Notes: generated by a model not told the origin, from the letters alone. Numbered from the stretch's first letter, positions 18,699 through 29,100 are shown. The stretch: 64,000 nt of DNA from Candidatus Magasanikiibacteriota bacterium (GCA_023246755.1 JAHFHU010000003.1:3854-67853), one strand, 5' to 3'. Made by a program: numbers and translations.

Positions 18699-19532
18699 AT
18701 GAGTAGTCACGCCTTACAATTGCTTCTTCCGAGCGGTGACCCAAACGGGCTTAAGGTTATCAGTCTGAGCGGGTGGGCAGGGAAGTGTTTTATAGTTCCA
18801 CGTACTAATTTAAAACAGCTTAAGGATCGTATTGAAATTGATAAACCAGGGTTATATTTTTTATTTGGTCCTCGTGAGGAGGCTCCTCGGGTATATATTG
18901 GTGAGTCAGAGAGTTTTTATTCACGCATTATAAATCACGACATAAATAAAGATTTTTGGGAGACAGTGCTGATTTTTACCGGCGAGCTTAATCGTGCCGA
19001 TGTAAAATATCTTGAATTTAAAGCGACAACTTTTGCAAAAGAGTCTGCACGTTATTCTGTTGAAAATAAAGTACAGCCACAGGAAAATTCGCTTTCAGAA
19101 TTTGATAAAATTAAGGTTGAACATTTTTTTGAAAATGCGCGTCTTATTTTGCGCACATTTGGCTATGAAATTTTTGAGAAAGCTGCAGAGTCGTTTGCGG
19201 ATAGAGAGTTGTATTATTTAAAGGGTGAATTTTTTGATGCACGTGCGCGAATTTTGGAGGATGGTAGCTTGTTAGTTTTAAAAGGTTCCTTTGCACGCGC
19301 TCGTGAAACGTCATCATTTGATGGTTGGGCGAAGCTTGCACGAGAAGGGTTTTTGGTATCTGGTAAACTAGAGCCAGCTGTAAATCATTACGAATCTTAT
19401 GAATTTATGGAAGATGTAATTTTCAAAAGCCCTAGTGCTGCCGCAGCAACAATTGCGGGCCGCTCTATAAATGGTTGGACAGCATGGAAAAATGAGAAAG
19501 GTATAACGCTGGATGAAAATTTAAGAAAATAA
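18699..19532 (+). CDS. GIY-YIG nuclease family protein with DUF4357-like C-terminal domain
   Basis: GLYFLF..VYIGESESFYSRI GIY-YIG core. Sits immediately upstream of hsdM, as often seen for DUF4357 proteins. Confidence 0.6.
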   Translation: MSSHALQLLLPSGDPNGLKVISLSGWAGKCFIVPRTNLKQLKDRIEIDKPGLYFLFGPREEAPRVYIGESESFYSRIINHDINKDFWETVLIFTGELNRADVKYLEFKATTFAKESARYSVENKVQPQENSLSEFDKIKVEHFFENARLILRTFGYEIFEKAAESFADRELYYLKGEFFDARARILEDGSLLVLKGSFARARETSSFDGWAKLAREGFLVSGKLEPAVNHYESYEFMEDVIFKSPSAAAATIAGRSINGWTAWKNEKGITLDENLRK

Positions 19533-19551
19533 AAAGCAGTTTGATAATTAT

Positions 19552-21138
19552 ATGAGTAACAAGGATTCAAATTTGAATACGACCAAAGAGCAGGAGCGTT
19601 CAGAATTGCACCGGGCTATTTGGCAGATTGCAAATGATTTACGCGGGAGTGTTGATGGTTGGGATTTCAAGCAATATGTGTTAGGGGTGCTTTTTTATCG
19701 TTTTATCAGCGAAAATCTTACCAACTACATTAATTCCGATGAACGCCGCGCGGGTAAAAAGGATTTTGACTATGCGAACTTGTCAGACAAGGAGGCAGAA
19801 TTTGGGCGAGCTGATACCGTAAAAGAAAAAGGATTTTATATTTTACCAAGTGAACTTTTTGTAAATGTTCGCAAGAATGCCCGCAATGATGCCAACCTTA
19901 ATGAAACTCTCACAACTGTTTTTCGTAACATTGAGAATTCGGCAAAGGGTGCAAACAGCGAAGATGATATCAGAGGCTTGTTTGATGATCTTGATGTGAA
20001 TTCTAATAAATTGGGTGGCACGGTTGAAAAACGAAATCAGAAACTTGCAAAACTTTTTGAATCTATCGGTGACCTTCGTCTGGGTAATTACTCCGACAAC
20101 ACTATTGACGCCTTTGGTGACGCCTACGAATTTTTGATGACCATGTACGCCTCAAACGCCGGTAAGTCCGGGGGTGAGTTCTATACTCCCCAAGAAGTTA
20201 GCGAACTTTTGGCGGAAATCACTACGGTTGGGAAAACAGAGGTGAATAAGGTTTACGATCCAGCCTGCGGTTCTGGTTCCCTACTCCTCAAGTTCGCTAA
20301 AGTCCTTGGTAAAGAAAATGTTCGGCAAGGTTTCTATGGGCAAGAAATTAATCTTACAACCTACAATCTCTGCCGTATTAACATGTTCTTGCACGACATC
20401 AATTACAATAATTTTGATATTGCTCACGGTGATACGCTTATAGATCCGAAACACTGGGACGACGAGCCGTTTGACGCTATTGTCTCCAACCCACCGTATT
20501 CTATACATTGGGAAGGTGATGCAAACCCGCTTCTCATTAATGACCCCCGTTTTTCCCCGGCTGGAGTATTGGCACCAAAGAGTAAGGCCGATCTTGCGTT
20601 TACTATGCACATGCTTGCTTGGCTCTCGACAAGTGGCACTGCGGCGATCGTTGAGTTTCCCGGCGTTCTCTATCGTGGTGGCGCAGAGGGTAAAATAAGA
20701 AAGTATTTGGTAGACAACAATTATGTTGATGCGGTAATTCAACTTCCTCCTGACCTCTTTTTTGGCACAACTATCGCTACCTGTATCATCGTGCTCAAAA
20801 AGAGCAAAAAAGATAACAAAGCGCTTTTCATAGATGCTTCTGCCGAGTTTGTCCGTGGTGGTAACAAAAACAAATTGAGCGAAGTAAATCGGAAAAAGAT
20901 TTTAGACGCTTTTACTACCCGCCAAGACGCGAAGTATTTTGCCAAGCTCGTTGATAATAAAACCATTGCTGAGAACGACTACAATATTGCCGTTTCAAGT
21001 TATGTCGTGGCAGAAGATATGCGCGAGGTGGTAGACATAACCACGCTCAACACAAAAATCGCTAAGATTGTCACAAGGCAAAACGAACTCCGCACAGCGA
21101 TTGATGAGATTGTGGCAGATATTGAAGGTAATAAATAA
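19552..21138 (+). CDS. hsdM: Type I restriction-modification system methyltransferase subunit
   Basis: HsdM N-terminal domain, motif I (DPACGSGSLL) and motif IV NPPY (VSNPPYSIHW). Confidence 0.9.
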   Translation: MSNKDSNLNTTKEQERSELHRAIWQIANDLRGSVDGWDFKQYVLGVLFYRFISENLTNYINSDERRAGKKDFDYANLSDKEAEFGRADTVKEKGFYILPSELFVNVRKNARNDANLNETLTTVFRNIENSAKGANSEDDIRGLFDDLDVNSNKLGGTVEKRNQKLAKLFESIGDLRLGNYSDNTIDAFGDAYEFLMTMYASNAGKSGGEFYTPQEVSELLAEITTVGKTEVNKVYDPACGSGSLLLKFAKVLGKENVRQGFYGQEINLTTYNLCRINMFLHDINYNNFDIAHGDTLIDPKHWDDEPFDAIVSNPPYSIHWEGDANPLLINDPRFSPAGVLAPKSKADLAFTMHMLAWLSTSGTAAIVEFPGVLYRGGAEGKIRKYLVDNNYVDAVIQLPPDLFFGTTIATCIIVLKKSKKDNKALFIDASAEFVRGGNKNKLSEVNRKKILDAFTTRQDAKYFAKLVDNKTIAENDYNIAVSSYVVAEDMREVVDITTLNTKIAKIVTRQNELRTAIDEIVADIEGNK

Positions 21139-21143
21139 AATTT

Positions 21144-23348
21144 ATGAATAAGTTGAGGATCGAATTACAGCATTGTTATGGAATAAAAAAACTTAATCAT
21201 GAGTTTGATTTTTCAAATTGCAAAACCTTTGTAATTTATGCCCCAAATGGAGTAATGAAAACTTCGTTTGCAAAAACTCTTAAAAATATTGCAAAGGGCG
21301 AAAAACCATGTGATCAGACAGATGACACATTGGTTCCGGTTTATAATTTTTTTATTGATGACTCCAATAATCAAATCCAACGGGAAGATATATGTGTCAT
21401 AGAGCCCTATAATAAAAAAGCATTTGATTCTGAAGATAAAGTCCTTACCCTTTTAGCAGACGATGAAACAAGAAAGGAATATTTGACAATATTTAACGAA
21501 ATTGAATCTCTTAAAAAATCTTCTCTTTCTGGATTAAAAAAAATATCAGGTAGTAGCAACTACGAATCTGAAATTATAGAAGCATTTTCTAATCTTGATA
21601 AGAAAAATATTTTTGAAATTTTCGAGGCTATTTTAAACGACATTGAAACCTCAAAAGATTCATTTGAATTTAAATATAATGATGTTTTTGACAAAGCCAA
21701 TAAGGTTAAAAAATTTCTTGCAGACAATTTTACATTGTTGAAAGAATACATTGAAAAATACAATGATCTGATTAGCAAATCTACCTTTTTTGCAAAAAAT
21801 GCTGACCATGTTTTTGGCACAACAGAAGCAAAAATTCTTGGCAAGTCCCTTGAGGGAGATGAATATTTTATTGCTGGGCATAAGCTAGTATTAAAATCTC
21901 ACGGAGACATATCTGCTAAAAATAAATTAGCAGATATAATAGATGAGGAGATTGCAAAAGTTTTTAATGATAAGGGCCTGAAAGATGTCTTTGAGAAAAT
22001 TGATAATTTACTCGACGCTAATAAAGAATTGCAATCCTTTAAAAAGGTTATAGAAAGAGACAATTCGATTTTATTGAGATTAAATGATTACGATGTATTT
22101 AGAAAAGAGGTATGGTTTAGTTTCTTAAAACAAATTGAAACTGGTATAAAATCATTAGTTGAATTATATAATCAAAAAAAGTTTGATTTAGAAAAAATTA
22201 TACAAAAAGCAAAGGACAGTCAATCGCAATGGGAAAGCACTATTAAGGAATTCGAGAACAGATTTGTTAATAACCCATTTACTCTCGAAATTCAAAATAA
22301 GGCGGATGCGATATTAAATGAAAAAACACCAGCAATTGATTTTAAATTTCAAGGAAAAGATATTGAAAGGAATAATTTAATAGAAAATGTATTGAGCCAA
22401 GGAGAAAGACGGGCTTTATATATTTTAAACGTTATTTTTGAGATTAAATCTCGGCAATTACAAAATAAAAAAACGTTGTTTATCATTGATGACATAGCAG
22501 ACTCTTTTGATTATAAAAATAAATATGCCATTGTTGAGTATTTAAATGATTTGTCCAAAGAAGATAATTTTTGCTCAATAATTTTAACTCACAATTTTGA
22601 TTTTTTTAGAACTCTTCAATCAAGGATTTTACAAGATAAAAAATGGGAATATTCGTTTGTTGCCGAGAGACTAAAAGATGAGATTAAGTTAATTAATGCT
22701 GGCAGTAGAAATGTTACCGACCCATTTACCAACTGGAAAGCGGGAGTTAATAATAACGAAAAACATTTAATTGCATGCGTTCCTTTCGTACGTAATTTAA
22801 TTGAATTTAAAGATGGACAAAGCAATGCCCATTATAAGCTTTTGACGCATGCTCTTCATAGAAAGCTTTTGGACGGAATTATTAAGGAAACCGCAGATAT
22901 TAGAATTGCTGATTTACGAGACCCATTTTCATCTGTTTTATCGGGTATTACATTTACATTCACAGACACAAATAAAAAAATTGTAGATATTATCGAGGAA
23001 CAGATCACGGCAATAAAGGGAGCTGAAAATTATGATTCAATTGTTTTGGAAGATAAAATTATTCTTGCCATCGGAATCAGATTGAAAGCGGAAGAATATA
23101 TGTGGTCTCAGGTCACAAACCAAAATCCAATACACGGCTCGCAAACAGGGGTATTATTTGGGAGATATAAACAGGATTTTAAAGACAACGATACTCATAA
23201 AGAGACACTGAAAATTCTTGAGAGCGTCATCATAATGACCCCTGAAAACATACATTTGAATTCTTTTATGTACGAGCCGATTTTAGATATGGGCATAGAT
23301 GAATTAAAGAGTTTGCATGATAAAGTTTGCAATTTAACAAGTACATAA
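21144..23348 (+). CDS. ABC/SMC-type ATPase embedded in the hsd operon (PrrC/RloC-like anticodon-nuclease candidate)
   Basis: Degenerate N-terminal Walker A (IYAPNGVMKTSF), ~370 aa K/E/L-rich predicted coiled-coil insert, ABC signature LSQGERRALYIL, Walker B LFIIDDIADSFD, THN H-loop. C-terminal ~280 aa has no recognised family but carries an R-x3-E...H arrangement (VRNLIEF..NAHYKLLTHALH). Lies between hsdM and hsdS. Confidence 0.55.
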   Translation: MNKLRIELQHCYGIKKLNHEFDFSNCKTFVIYAPNGVMKTSFAKTLKNIAKGEKPCDQTDDTLVPVYNFFIDDSNNQIQREDICVIEPYNKKAFDSEDKVLTLLADDETRKEYLTIFNEIESLKKSSLSGLKKISGSSNYESEIIEAFSNLDKKNIFEIFEAILNDIETSKDSFEFKYNDVFDKANKVKKFLADNFTLLKEYIEKYNDLISKSTFFAKNADHVFGTTEAKILGKSLEGDEYFIAGHKLVLKSHGDISAKNKLADIIDEEIAKVFNDKGLKDVFEKIDNLLDANKELQSFKKVIERDNSILLRLNDYDVFRKEVWFSFLKQIETGIKSLVELYNQKKFDLEKIIQKAKDSQSQWESTIKEFENRFVNNPFTLEIQNKADAILNEKTPAIDFKFQGKDIERNNLIENVLSQGERRALYILNVIFEIKSRQLQNKKTLFIIDDIADSFDYKNKYAIVEYLNDLSKEDNFCSIILTHNFDFFRTLQSRILQDKKWEYSFVAERLKDEIKLINAGSRNVTDPFTNWKAGVNNNEKHLIACVPFVRNLIEFKDGQSNAHYKLLTHALHRKLLDGIIKETADIRIADLRDPFSSVLSGITFTFTDTNKKIVDIIEEQITAIKGAENYDSIVLEDKIILAIGIRLKAEEYMWSQVTNQNPIHGSQTGVLFGRYKQDFKDNDTHKETLKILESVIIMTPENIHLNSFMYEPILDMGIDELKSLHDKVCNLTST

Positions 23349-23349
23349 C

Positions 23350-24534
23350 ATGACAAACAATCAATCAAAAATTGAAAAATTGATCAGCAAACTCTGCCCG
23401 AATGGAGTGGAGTTTAAGGAGTTAGGTGAACTTTTGGATTACGAACAGCCGGGCAATTTCATCGTTAGATCAACTGAATATAATGATAATCTAGCAACGC
23501 CAGTATTGACGGCTGGGAAAAGTTTTATTCTTGGTTATACAGATGAAGTAGACGGTATATATAAAGCGAGCCAAGAATATCCGGTAATTATTTTTGACGA
23601 TTTTACGACTTCGTTCCACTGGGTAGATTTTCAATTTAAAGTTAAATCTTCCGCGATGAAAATGTTACGGAATAAAAAGGATGTTGATGTAAGCTTTAAA
23701 TTTATCTATTTTGCGATGAGATGTATACATTATGTTCCTTCAGATCATGCACGTCATTGGATTTCTCAATATTCAAAATTTAAAATCCCTCTTCCACCCC
23801 TTGAAATCCAAGAAGAGATTGTCAAAATTCTTAATAGTTTTACAGAGCTGGAGGCAGAGCTGGAGGCAGAGCTGGAGGCAAGAGAATCGCAATATAAGCA
23901 TTATCGAAAAAAGCTTTTAAGTATTAATGGTGATAGCGTGCAGTGGAAAACATTGGGAGAAGTTGCGGAGTACCGTCGAGGTTCTTTCCCGCAACCCTAT
24001 GGTGAAACTAAATGGTATGGAGGTGAAGGCGCTATGCCATTTGTTCAAGTGGCTGACGTTGGAGAAAATATGCGACTTGTTGAAAATACTAAACAGAAAC
24101 TTTCTAAGTTAGCCCAGTCTAAGAGTGTATTTGTACCTTCCGGAACAGTTATTGTAACCTTACAAGGCAGTATTGGACGAGTTGCCGTTACTCAATATGA
24201 TAGTTATGTTGATCGTACACTTGCAATTTTTGAAAGTTTTAAAAACAAAATTAATAAAAAATATTTTGCATATCAATTAGAAAGTAAATTTAGTGTCGAA
24301 AAAGAAAATGCGCGTGGAAGTACGATAAAAACAATTACAAAAGAAGAATTCACAAAATTTAAAATTCCAGTTCCATCACTTGAAATGCAGGATTATATAG
24401 TTACCAAACTAGATGCATTTAATTTACTTTTGAATGACATTTCAATTGGTTTGCCGGCAGAACTCTCGGCTCGCAGGCAACAATACGAATATTACCAAGG
24501 GAAGCTTTTAACTTTCAAAGAATATGCCAAATAA
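23350..24534 (+). CDS. hsdS: Type I restriction-modification system specificity subunit
   Basis: Two target-recognition domains separated by a conserved central helix containing (ELEA)x3. C-terminal conserved region (QQYEYYQGKLL). Overlaps hsdR start. Confidence 0.85.
   Translation: MTNNQSKIEKLISKLCPNGVEFKELGELLDYEQPGNFIVRSTEYNDNLATPVLTAGKSFILGYTDEVDGIYKASQEYPVIIFDDFTTSFHWVDFQFKVKSSAMKMLRNKKDVDVSFKFIYFAMRCIHYVPSDHARHWISQYSKFKIPLPPLEIQEEIVKILNSFTELEAELEAELEARESQYKHYRKKLLSINGDSVQWKTLGEVAEYRRGSFPQPYGETKWYGGEGAMPFVQVADVGENMRLVENTKQKLSKLAQSKSVFVPSGTVIVTLQGSIGRVAVTQYDSYVDRTLAIFESFKNKINKKYFAYQLESKFSVEKENARGSTIKTITKEEFTKFKIPVPSLEMQDYIVTKLDAFNLLLNDISIGLPAELSARRQQYEYYQGKLLTFKEYAK
23845..23880 (+). repeat. 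3 x 12-bp perfect tandem repeat (GAGCTGGAGGCA) encoding (ELEA)3 in the HsdS central conserved region
   Basis: Read directly from sequence. Confidence 0.8.
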
Positions 24535-27500
24535 TAAATACAATCTGGTTGCGGAGAATCCACAGAGCACTGTCGTGGGTGAGTATGTAGCGGAAGGTGT
24601 GCGCGTTGCTCATTATCAAAGTGAGGCAGATTTGGAGCGAGCTTTTATCAAACAACTTGAAACACAAGCGTACGAATATCTACCCATCACCTCTGAAGCT
24701 GATTTAATACTCAACCTGCGTAAGCAACTGGGGAAACTCAATGATTTTACTTTTACCGATAGCGAATGGGAACATTTTTTTGTCAGTGAGCTTGCCAACC
24801 CAAATCAAAGCATTGCCGAAAAGACCTCCACCATTCAAGAAGACCACATCAAAAACCTGACGCGCGAAGATGGCACGACCAAGAATGTGTACCTCATAAA
24901 AAAGGATAACATTCACGACAATAGTTTGCAGGTGATCAATCAATACGCGACCGAAGACGGTCAGCGTGCCAATCGCTATGATGTGACGGTGCTTGTGAAC
25001 GGCTTGCCTTTGGTGCATATTGAGCTCAAACGACGTGGAGTGGCTATTGCCGAGGCGTTCAATCAGATCAATCGTTACAGCCGAGAAAGTTTTTGGGCTG
25101 CGTCGGGACTTTTTGAATATGTGCAGTTATTTATTATTTCCAACGGTACACATACTAAGTACTATAGTAACACTGTCCGTTCAGAGCACATTAAGGAAGC
25201 CGGTGAAGGTGCGGTGAAAAAAGGCAAACGTTCGAGTAATAGTTTTGAATTTACCAGCTGGTGGGCAGATGCTACCAATCGACCGATTACGGATCTGATG
25301 GATTTTGGGAAAACATTTTTTGCCAAGCACGCACTCCTCAATATCTTGACCAAGTATTGTGTATTCACAACCGATAGACAGCTTTTAGTAATGCGACCAT
25401 ATCAGATTGTCGCAACCGAGAGAATACTTAGTCGTATTGAAGTAAGTACTAATTACAAGAAACTCGGCACGGTCGAGGCTGGCGGTTACATTTGGCATAC
25501 GACCGGATCAGGAAAAACTTTGACCAGTTTCAAAACCGCACAACTTGTAAGTAAATTATCTTACGTAGATAAGGTTATTTTTGTGGTTGACCGCAAGGAT
25601 TTGGATTATCAAACAATGCGAGAATACGATAAGTTTGAAAAAGGTGCAGCAAATAGTAATACAAGTACAGCAGTTTTGACGCGTCAGCTAGGAGATTCGA
25701 ATTCACACATCATTATTACCACTATTCAGAAGCTCGATCGTTTTATCGGACGCAATGCCGGACACGCTATTTTTGATGGTCATGTAGTGCTTATCTTTGA
25801 TGAATGTCATCGTTCTCAGTTTGGGGATATGCACGCTGCTATTACCAAAACATTCAAGAATTACAATTTGTTTGGTTTTACTGGTACTCCGATTTTTGCC
25901 AAGAATGCGTCTGCTGGTGGACGACCAGAATTGAAAACGACCGAGCAGGCTTTTGGTGAAAAGTTGCATACCTACACGATTGTTAATGCTATCGCTGATA
26001 AAAATGTTTTGCCGTTTAAAGTGGATTATGTCTCTACGGTTAGAGAAGCAGAGAATATTGAAGATGCACAGGTAAGAGATATTGATCGTGAAGCAGTGCT
26101 GGCTTCGCCGGAACGCCTGGCAAATATCGTTGGTTACATTCGCGAGCATTTTGACCAAAAGACCAAGCGGAATAGTTTTTATAAATTGAACGATCGCCGG
26201 TTAGCCGGGTTCAATTCTATTTTTGCCGTTTCGTCTATTGATGTGGCAAAAAAGTATTACGCTGAATTCAAAAAACAACTTGATGGTGTGCCAAGCGATA
26301 AGCAGCTCAAAGTGGCAACGATATATAGCTTTGGAGTTAACGATGAGGATGCGGATGGAATGATCGACGAAAATTCAGAGGATACGAACGGACTTGATGT
26401 GAGCTCAAGAGATTTTCTTGATAGCGCAATTACTGATTACAATGCGATGTTTGGAACATCCTACGATACCTCGTCTGAGAAGTTTCAGAATTATTACAAA
26501 GACGTGAGCTTAAAAATGAAAAATCGTGAGATTGATGTGCTGATCGTGGTCAATATGTTTTTGACCGGCTTTGATGCTACAACGCTGAACACGCTTTGGG
26601 TGGACAAAAACTTGAGACTACATGGACTCTTGCAGGCATTTTCCCGCACCAATCGAATATTAAATAGTGTAAAGGCTTTTGGTAACATTGTCTGTTTCCG
26701 TAATTTAGAGAAGGCAACAAACGAATCTATTGCTCTTTTTGGAAATAAAGAAGCGGGTGGCGTGGTACTTCTTAAGTCATACGATGAGTATTACAACGGC
26801 TTCAAAGATGGCGATAAGGAAGTGCGTGGATACGCAAGTTTGGTGGCAGAGCTCACGGAAAAATTTCCGATTGGTGAGCAAATTTTGGGCGAGCAAAACC
26901 AAAAAGATTTTATCAAGCTCTATGGTGGAATTTTGCGAGTGCGCAACATTCTGACTACCTTCGACGAATTTATTGGCAACGAGATTTTAAGTGAGCGCGA
27001 TGTGCAGGATTATCACAGTATGTACATCGATCTTTACAATGAATTCCGTAAAGGTGCTGAGATTGAACAGGAAAATATTAATGATGATCTTGTTTTTGAG
27101 ATGGAGCTTATCAAGCAAGTAGAAATAAATATTGATTTTGTATTAGCTCTTATTAAGAGATACCACGAAGATCATAATCAGGATCGTGAGATTTTGGCTG
27201 ATATCAATAAAGCGATTGATTCAAGTGTAGAGCTACGAAATAAAAAGGATCTTATCAATCAATTCATTACATCACTTGATATCCATTCAGTCGTTGAGGA
27301 GGATTGGCAGAAATTCGTGGACAAAAAAAAGATTGAGGAGCTGGAAAAAATTATTGATAATGAAGGTTTGGATCACGATGCAACATTTGCGTTTGTACGA
27401 AATTCTTTTCGTGATGGAAGTGTGGCAACGACTGGTACAGCAATAACCAAAGTTTTACCGCCAGTAACTCGTTTTTCTCCGACCGGCGAACGAACTCAAA

Positions 27501-27580
27501 AGCGTGAAAGTGTAATTAGTAAGCTCACAAGTTTCTTTGAAAGGTTCTTCGATATTTCTGGTGGAAAGTTTTCAGATTAA
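24524..27580 (+). CDS. hsdR: Type I restriction enzyme R subunit (SF2 helicase + nuclease)
   Basis: Walker A HTTGSGKTLTSF, DEAH-box FDECHRSQ, 1018 aa, directly follows hsdS. Confidence 0.9.
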   Translation: MPNNKYNLVAENPQSTVVGEYVAEGVRVAHYQSEADLERAFIKQLETQAYEYLPITSEADLILNLRKQLGKLNDFTFTDSEWEHFFVSELANPNQSIAEKTSTIQEDHIKNLTREDGTTKNVYLIKKDNIHDNSLQVINQYATEDGQRANRYDVTVLVNGLPLVHIELKRRGVAIAEAFNQINRYSRESFWAASGLFEYVQLFIISNGTHTKYYSNTVRSEHIKEAGEGAVKKGKRSSNSFEFTSWWADATNRPITDLMDFGKTFFAKHALLNILTKYCVFTTDRQLLVMRPYQIVATERILSRIEVSTNYKKLGTVEAGGYIWHTTGSGKTLTSFKTAQLVSKLSYVDKVIFVVDRKDLDYQTMREYDKFEKGAANSNTSTAVLTRQLGDSNSHIIITTIQKLDRFIGRNAGHAIFDGHVVLIFDECHRSQFGDMHAAITKTFKNYNLFGFTGTPIFAKNASAGGRPELKTTEQAFGEKLHTYTIVNAIADKNVLPFKVDYVSTVREAENIEDAQVRDIDREAVLASPERLANIVGYIREHFDQKTKRNSFYKLNDRRLAGFNSIFAVSSIDVAKKYYAEFKKQLDGVPSDKQLKVATIYSFGVNDEDADGMIDENSEDTNGLDVSSRDFLDSAITDYNAMFGTSYDTSSEKFQNYYKDVSLKMKNREIDVLIVVNMFLTGFDATTLNTLWVDKNLRLHGLLQAFSRTNRILNSVKAFGNIVCFRNLEKATNESIALFGNKEAGGVVLLKSYDEYYNGFKDGDKEVRGYASLVAELTEKFPIGEQILGEQNQKDFIKLYGGILRVRNILTTFDEFIGNEILSERDVQDYHSMYIDLYNEFRKGAEIEQENINDDLVFEMELIKQVEINIDFVLALIKRYHEDHNQDREILADINKAIDSSVELRNKKDLINQFITSLDIHSVVEEDWQKFVDKKKIEELEKIIDNEGLDHDATFAFVRNSFRDGSVATTGTAITKVLPPVTRFSPTGERTQKRESVISKLTSFFERFFDISGGKFSD

Positions 27581-27587
27581 ATCTGTA

Positions 27588-29051
27588 ATGAAACACATGT
27601 CTGCTTCCTTCACCCCCTCCCTCTTCTACAAATTCTCCACCTGCCCGCACTGGATCTGGCACGATTTTTTCGGTAACCCCGCAAATAAAATCGAAGTCCC
27701 AGCACTCGCGCAAAAGTTGATCGATCAGGGTGTATTGCATGAAGAAGAATATATCAAAGGATTGAATTTTGTTTCAGTGACATTAAAAAATTCAACCGAT
27801 GCGTTCGCGGCAACGCTCGCGCTTATGCAAAGCGGCACGGATCTGATTTATCAGGGTGAAATTCAGTACGAAGAAAACAACATTTTGTACCATGGCCGCC
27901 CTGACCTGCTCGAAAAGCGACCAGGCACGTCGAAATTCGGCGCCTACTATTACGCGCCCATTGATATTAAATCGTCGAGCAAGCTCGATAAGAAACATAA
28001 GCTACAACTGACGCTCTACGCAACTATTCTTGAACAGATGCAGGGCGTGTTTCCCGAGGAGACGGCGATCATCAATCGCGCGCACGAACGCATTCCATTC
28101 ACCATCGCGCCAAAAGATCGCGCGGAAACGCAGAAACAAATGAGCAGCATTCTTGCAGTGATGTCAGGCGAAAAGCCGCCGCTCAAACTCGCAGGCAGTT
28201 GCAAACAAAGTCCGTGGTACCCTGAGTGCGTGCACGATGCAGAGGAAGCGCAGGATATCGCGCTGCTGTATAAGCTCGACAATCGCGCGTGTGCGGCGCT
28301 GCGTGCAGAGGGGATTGTATCGATTCATGATGCGGCGCAGATGGACATCGTACGTCTGCCAAAAATTCCATTCGCGAGTCAGAAAATTCTTGCGCGCGTG
28401 AAAGTGCAGGCGCAGTCGCTTCTCGATGGAGAATTGAAATGGCTTGCGCGCCCATCGCTGCCACACGCGCCGCTCCAACTCTATTTTGATATTGAAGGCG
28501 ATCCACTGCTCGGCGTCGATTACTTGTTCGGGTTGTGGGTGTGCGGCGACGCAGCGCACGCCTACGCACACACGGGTCACGTTCGGTTCGACGCGGAGTC
28601 GAGCGATTATTTTATTTATTTTGTTGCAGAGACGCCGGAGGATGAAGGGGCGATGTGGGCCGCGTTTTTGCAGTGGATCGAGGCGCTGCCGACGGGGAAG
28701 TATGACACGTTTCACTACGCAGATTACGAACGTTCACACACCGGCGCGCTTGCTGCGAAATACGGCACGTCCGCGGCGTTCGAGGAATTTGTGACGACGT
28801 ATGTTGACCTGATGAAGGTGATGAGCGCGTCTGTTGTGTTGCCATTATATTTTTATTCGATCAAAGATATCGCAAAATCTCGTTTCTTGAATTTCAAATG
28901 GCGTCACGAAAAAGCAGGTGGCGCGCAAAGTATTTTTTGGTACGAAGAATGGCTCGAGAAACGCGACTCGGGGATTTTAAAAGATATTGTAGACTATAAC
29001 GAGGACGATGTGCGGGCGACGAAGGCGTTGTATGGGTGGCTAATAACTTAA
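27588..29051 (+). CDS. RecB-family nuclease, TM0106-type (N-terminal PD-(D/E)xK/Cas4-like domain plus C-terminal DnaQ-like fold)
   Basis: N-terminal FSTCPHWIW, GRPDLL, IDIKSS motifs; C-terminal LYFDIEGDP (DxE exonuclease-like). Start set at the MKHMS ATG just after the hsdR stop. Confidence 0.5.
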   Translation: MKHMSASFTPSLFYKFSTCPHWIWHDFFGNPANKIEVPALAQKLIDQGVLHEEEYIKGLNFVSVTLKNSTDAFAATLALMQSGTDLIYQGEIQYEENNILYHGRPDLLEKRPGTSKFGAYYYAPIDIKSSSKLDKKHKLQLTLYATILEQMQGVFPEETAIINRAHERIPFTIAPKDRAETQKQMSSILAVMSGEKPPLKLAGSCKQSPWYPECVHDAEEAQDIALLYKLDNRACAALRAEGIVSIHDAAQMDIVRLPKIPFASQKILARVKVQAQSLLDGELKWLARPSLPHAPLQLYFDIEGDPLLGVDYLFGLWVCGDAAHAYAHTGHVRFDAESSDYFIYFVAETPEDEGAMWAAFLQWIEALPTGKYDTFHYADYERSHTGALAAKYGTSAAFEEFVTTYVDLMKVMSASVVLPLYFYSIKDIAKSRFLNFKWRHEKAGGAQSIFWYEEWLEKRDSGILKDIVDYNEDDVRATKALYGWLIT

Positions 29052-29074
29052 GTTATATAAATGACGGGAGGTCT

Positions 29075-29100
29075 AATTATCCACAATTCAGTGGATAATT
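29075..29100. promoter_or_regulatory. perfect inverted pair of DnaA-box-like 9-mers (AATTATCCAC-aattca-GTGGATAATT) abutting a TTGACA-n17-TATAGT promoter
   Basis: TTATCCACA equals the consensus DnaA box. Promoter at ~29110..29139 precedes the NYN gene. Confidence 0.35.

Noticed and set aside
23845-23880. Tandem repeat considered as a possible CRISPR or minisatellite locus
   Set aside because: It has only three 12-bp units with no spacers, lies in frame inside hsdS, and encodes an ELEA repeat. No CRISPR array or cas genes are in the window.
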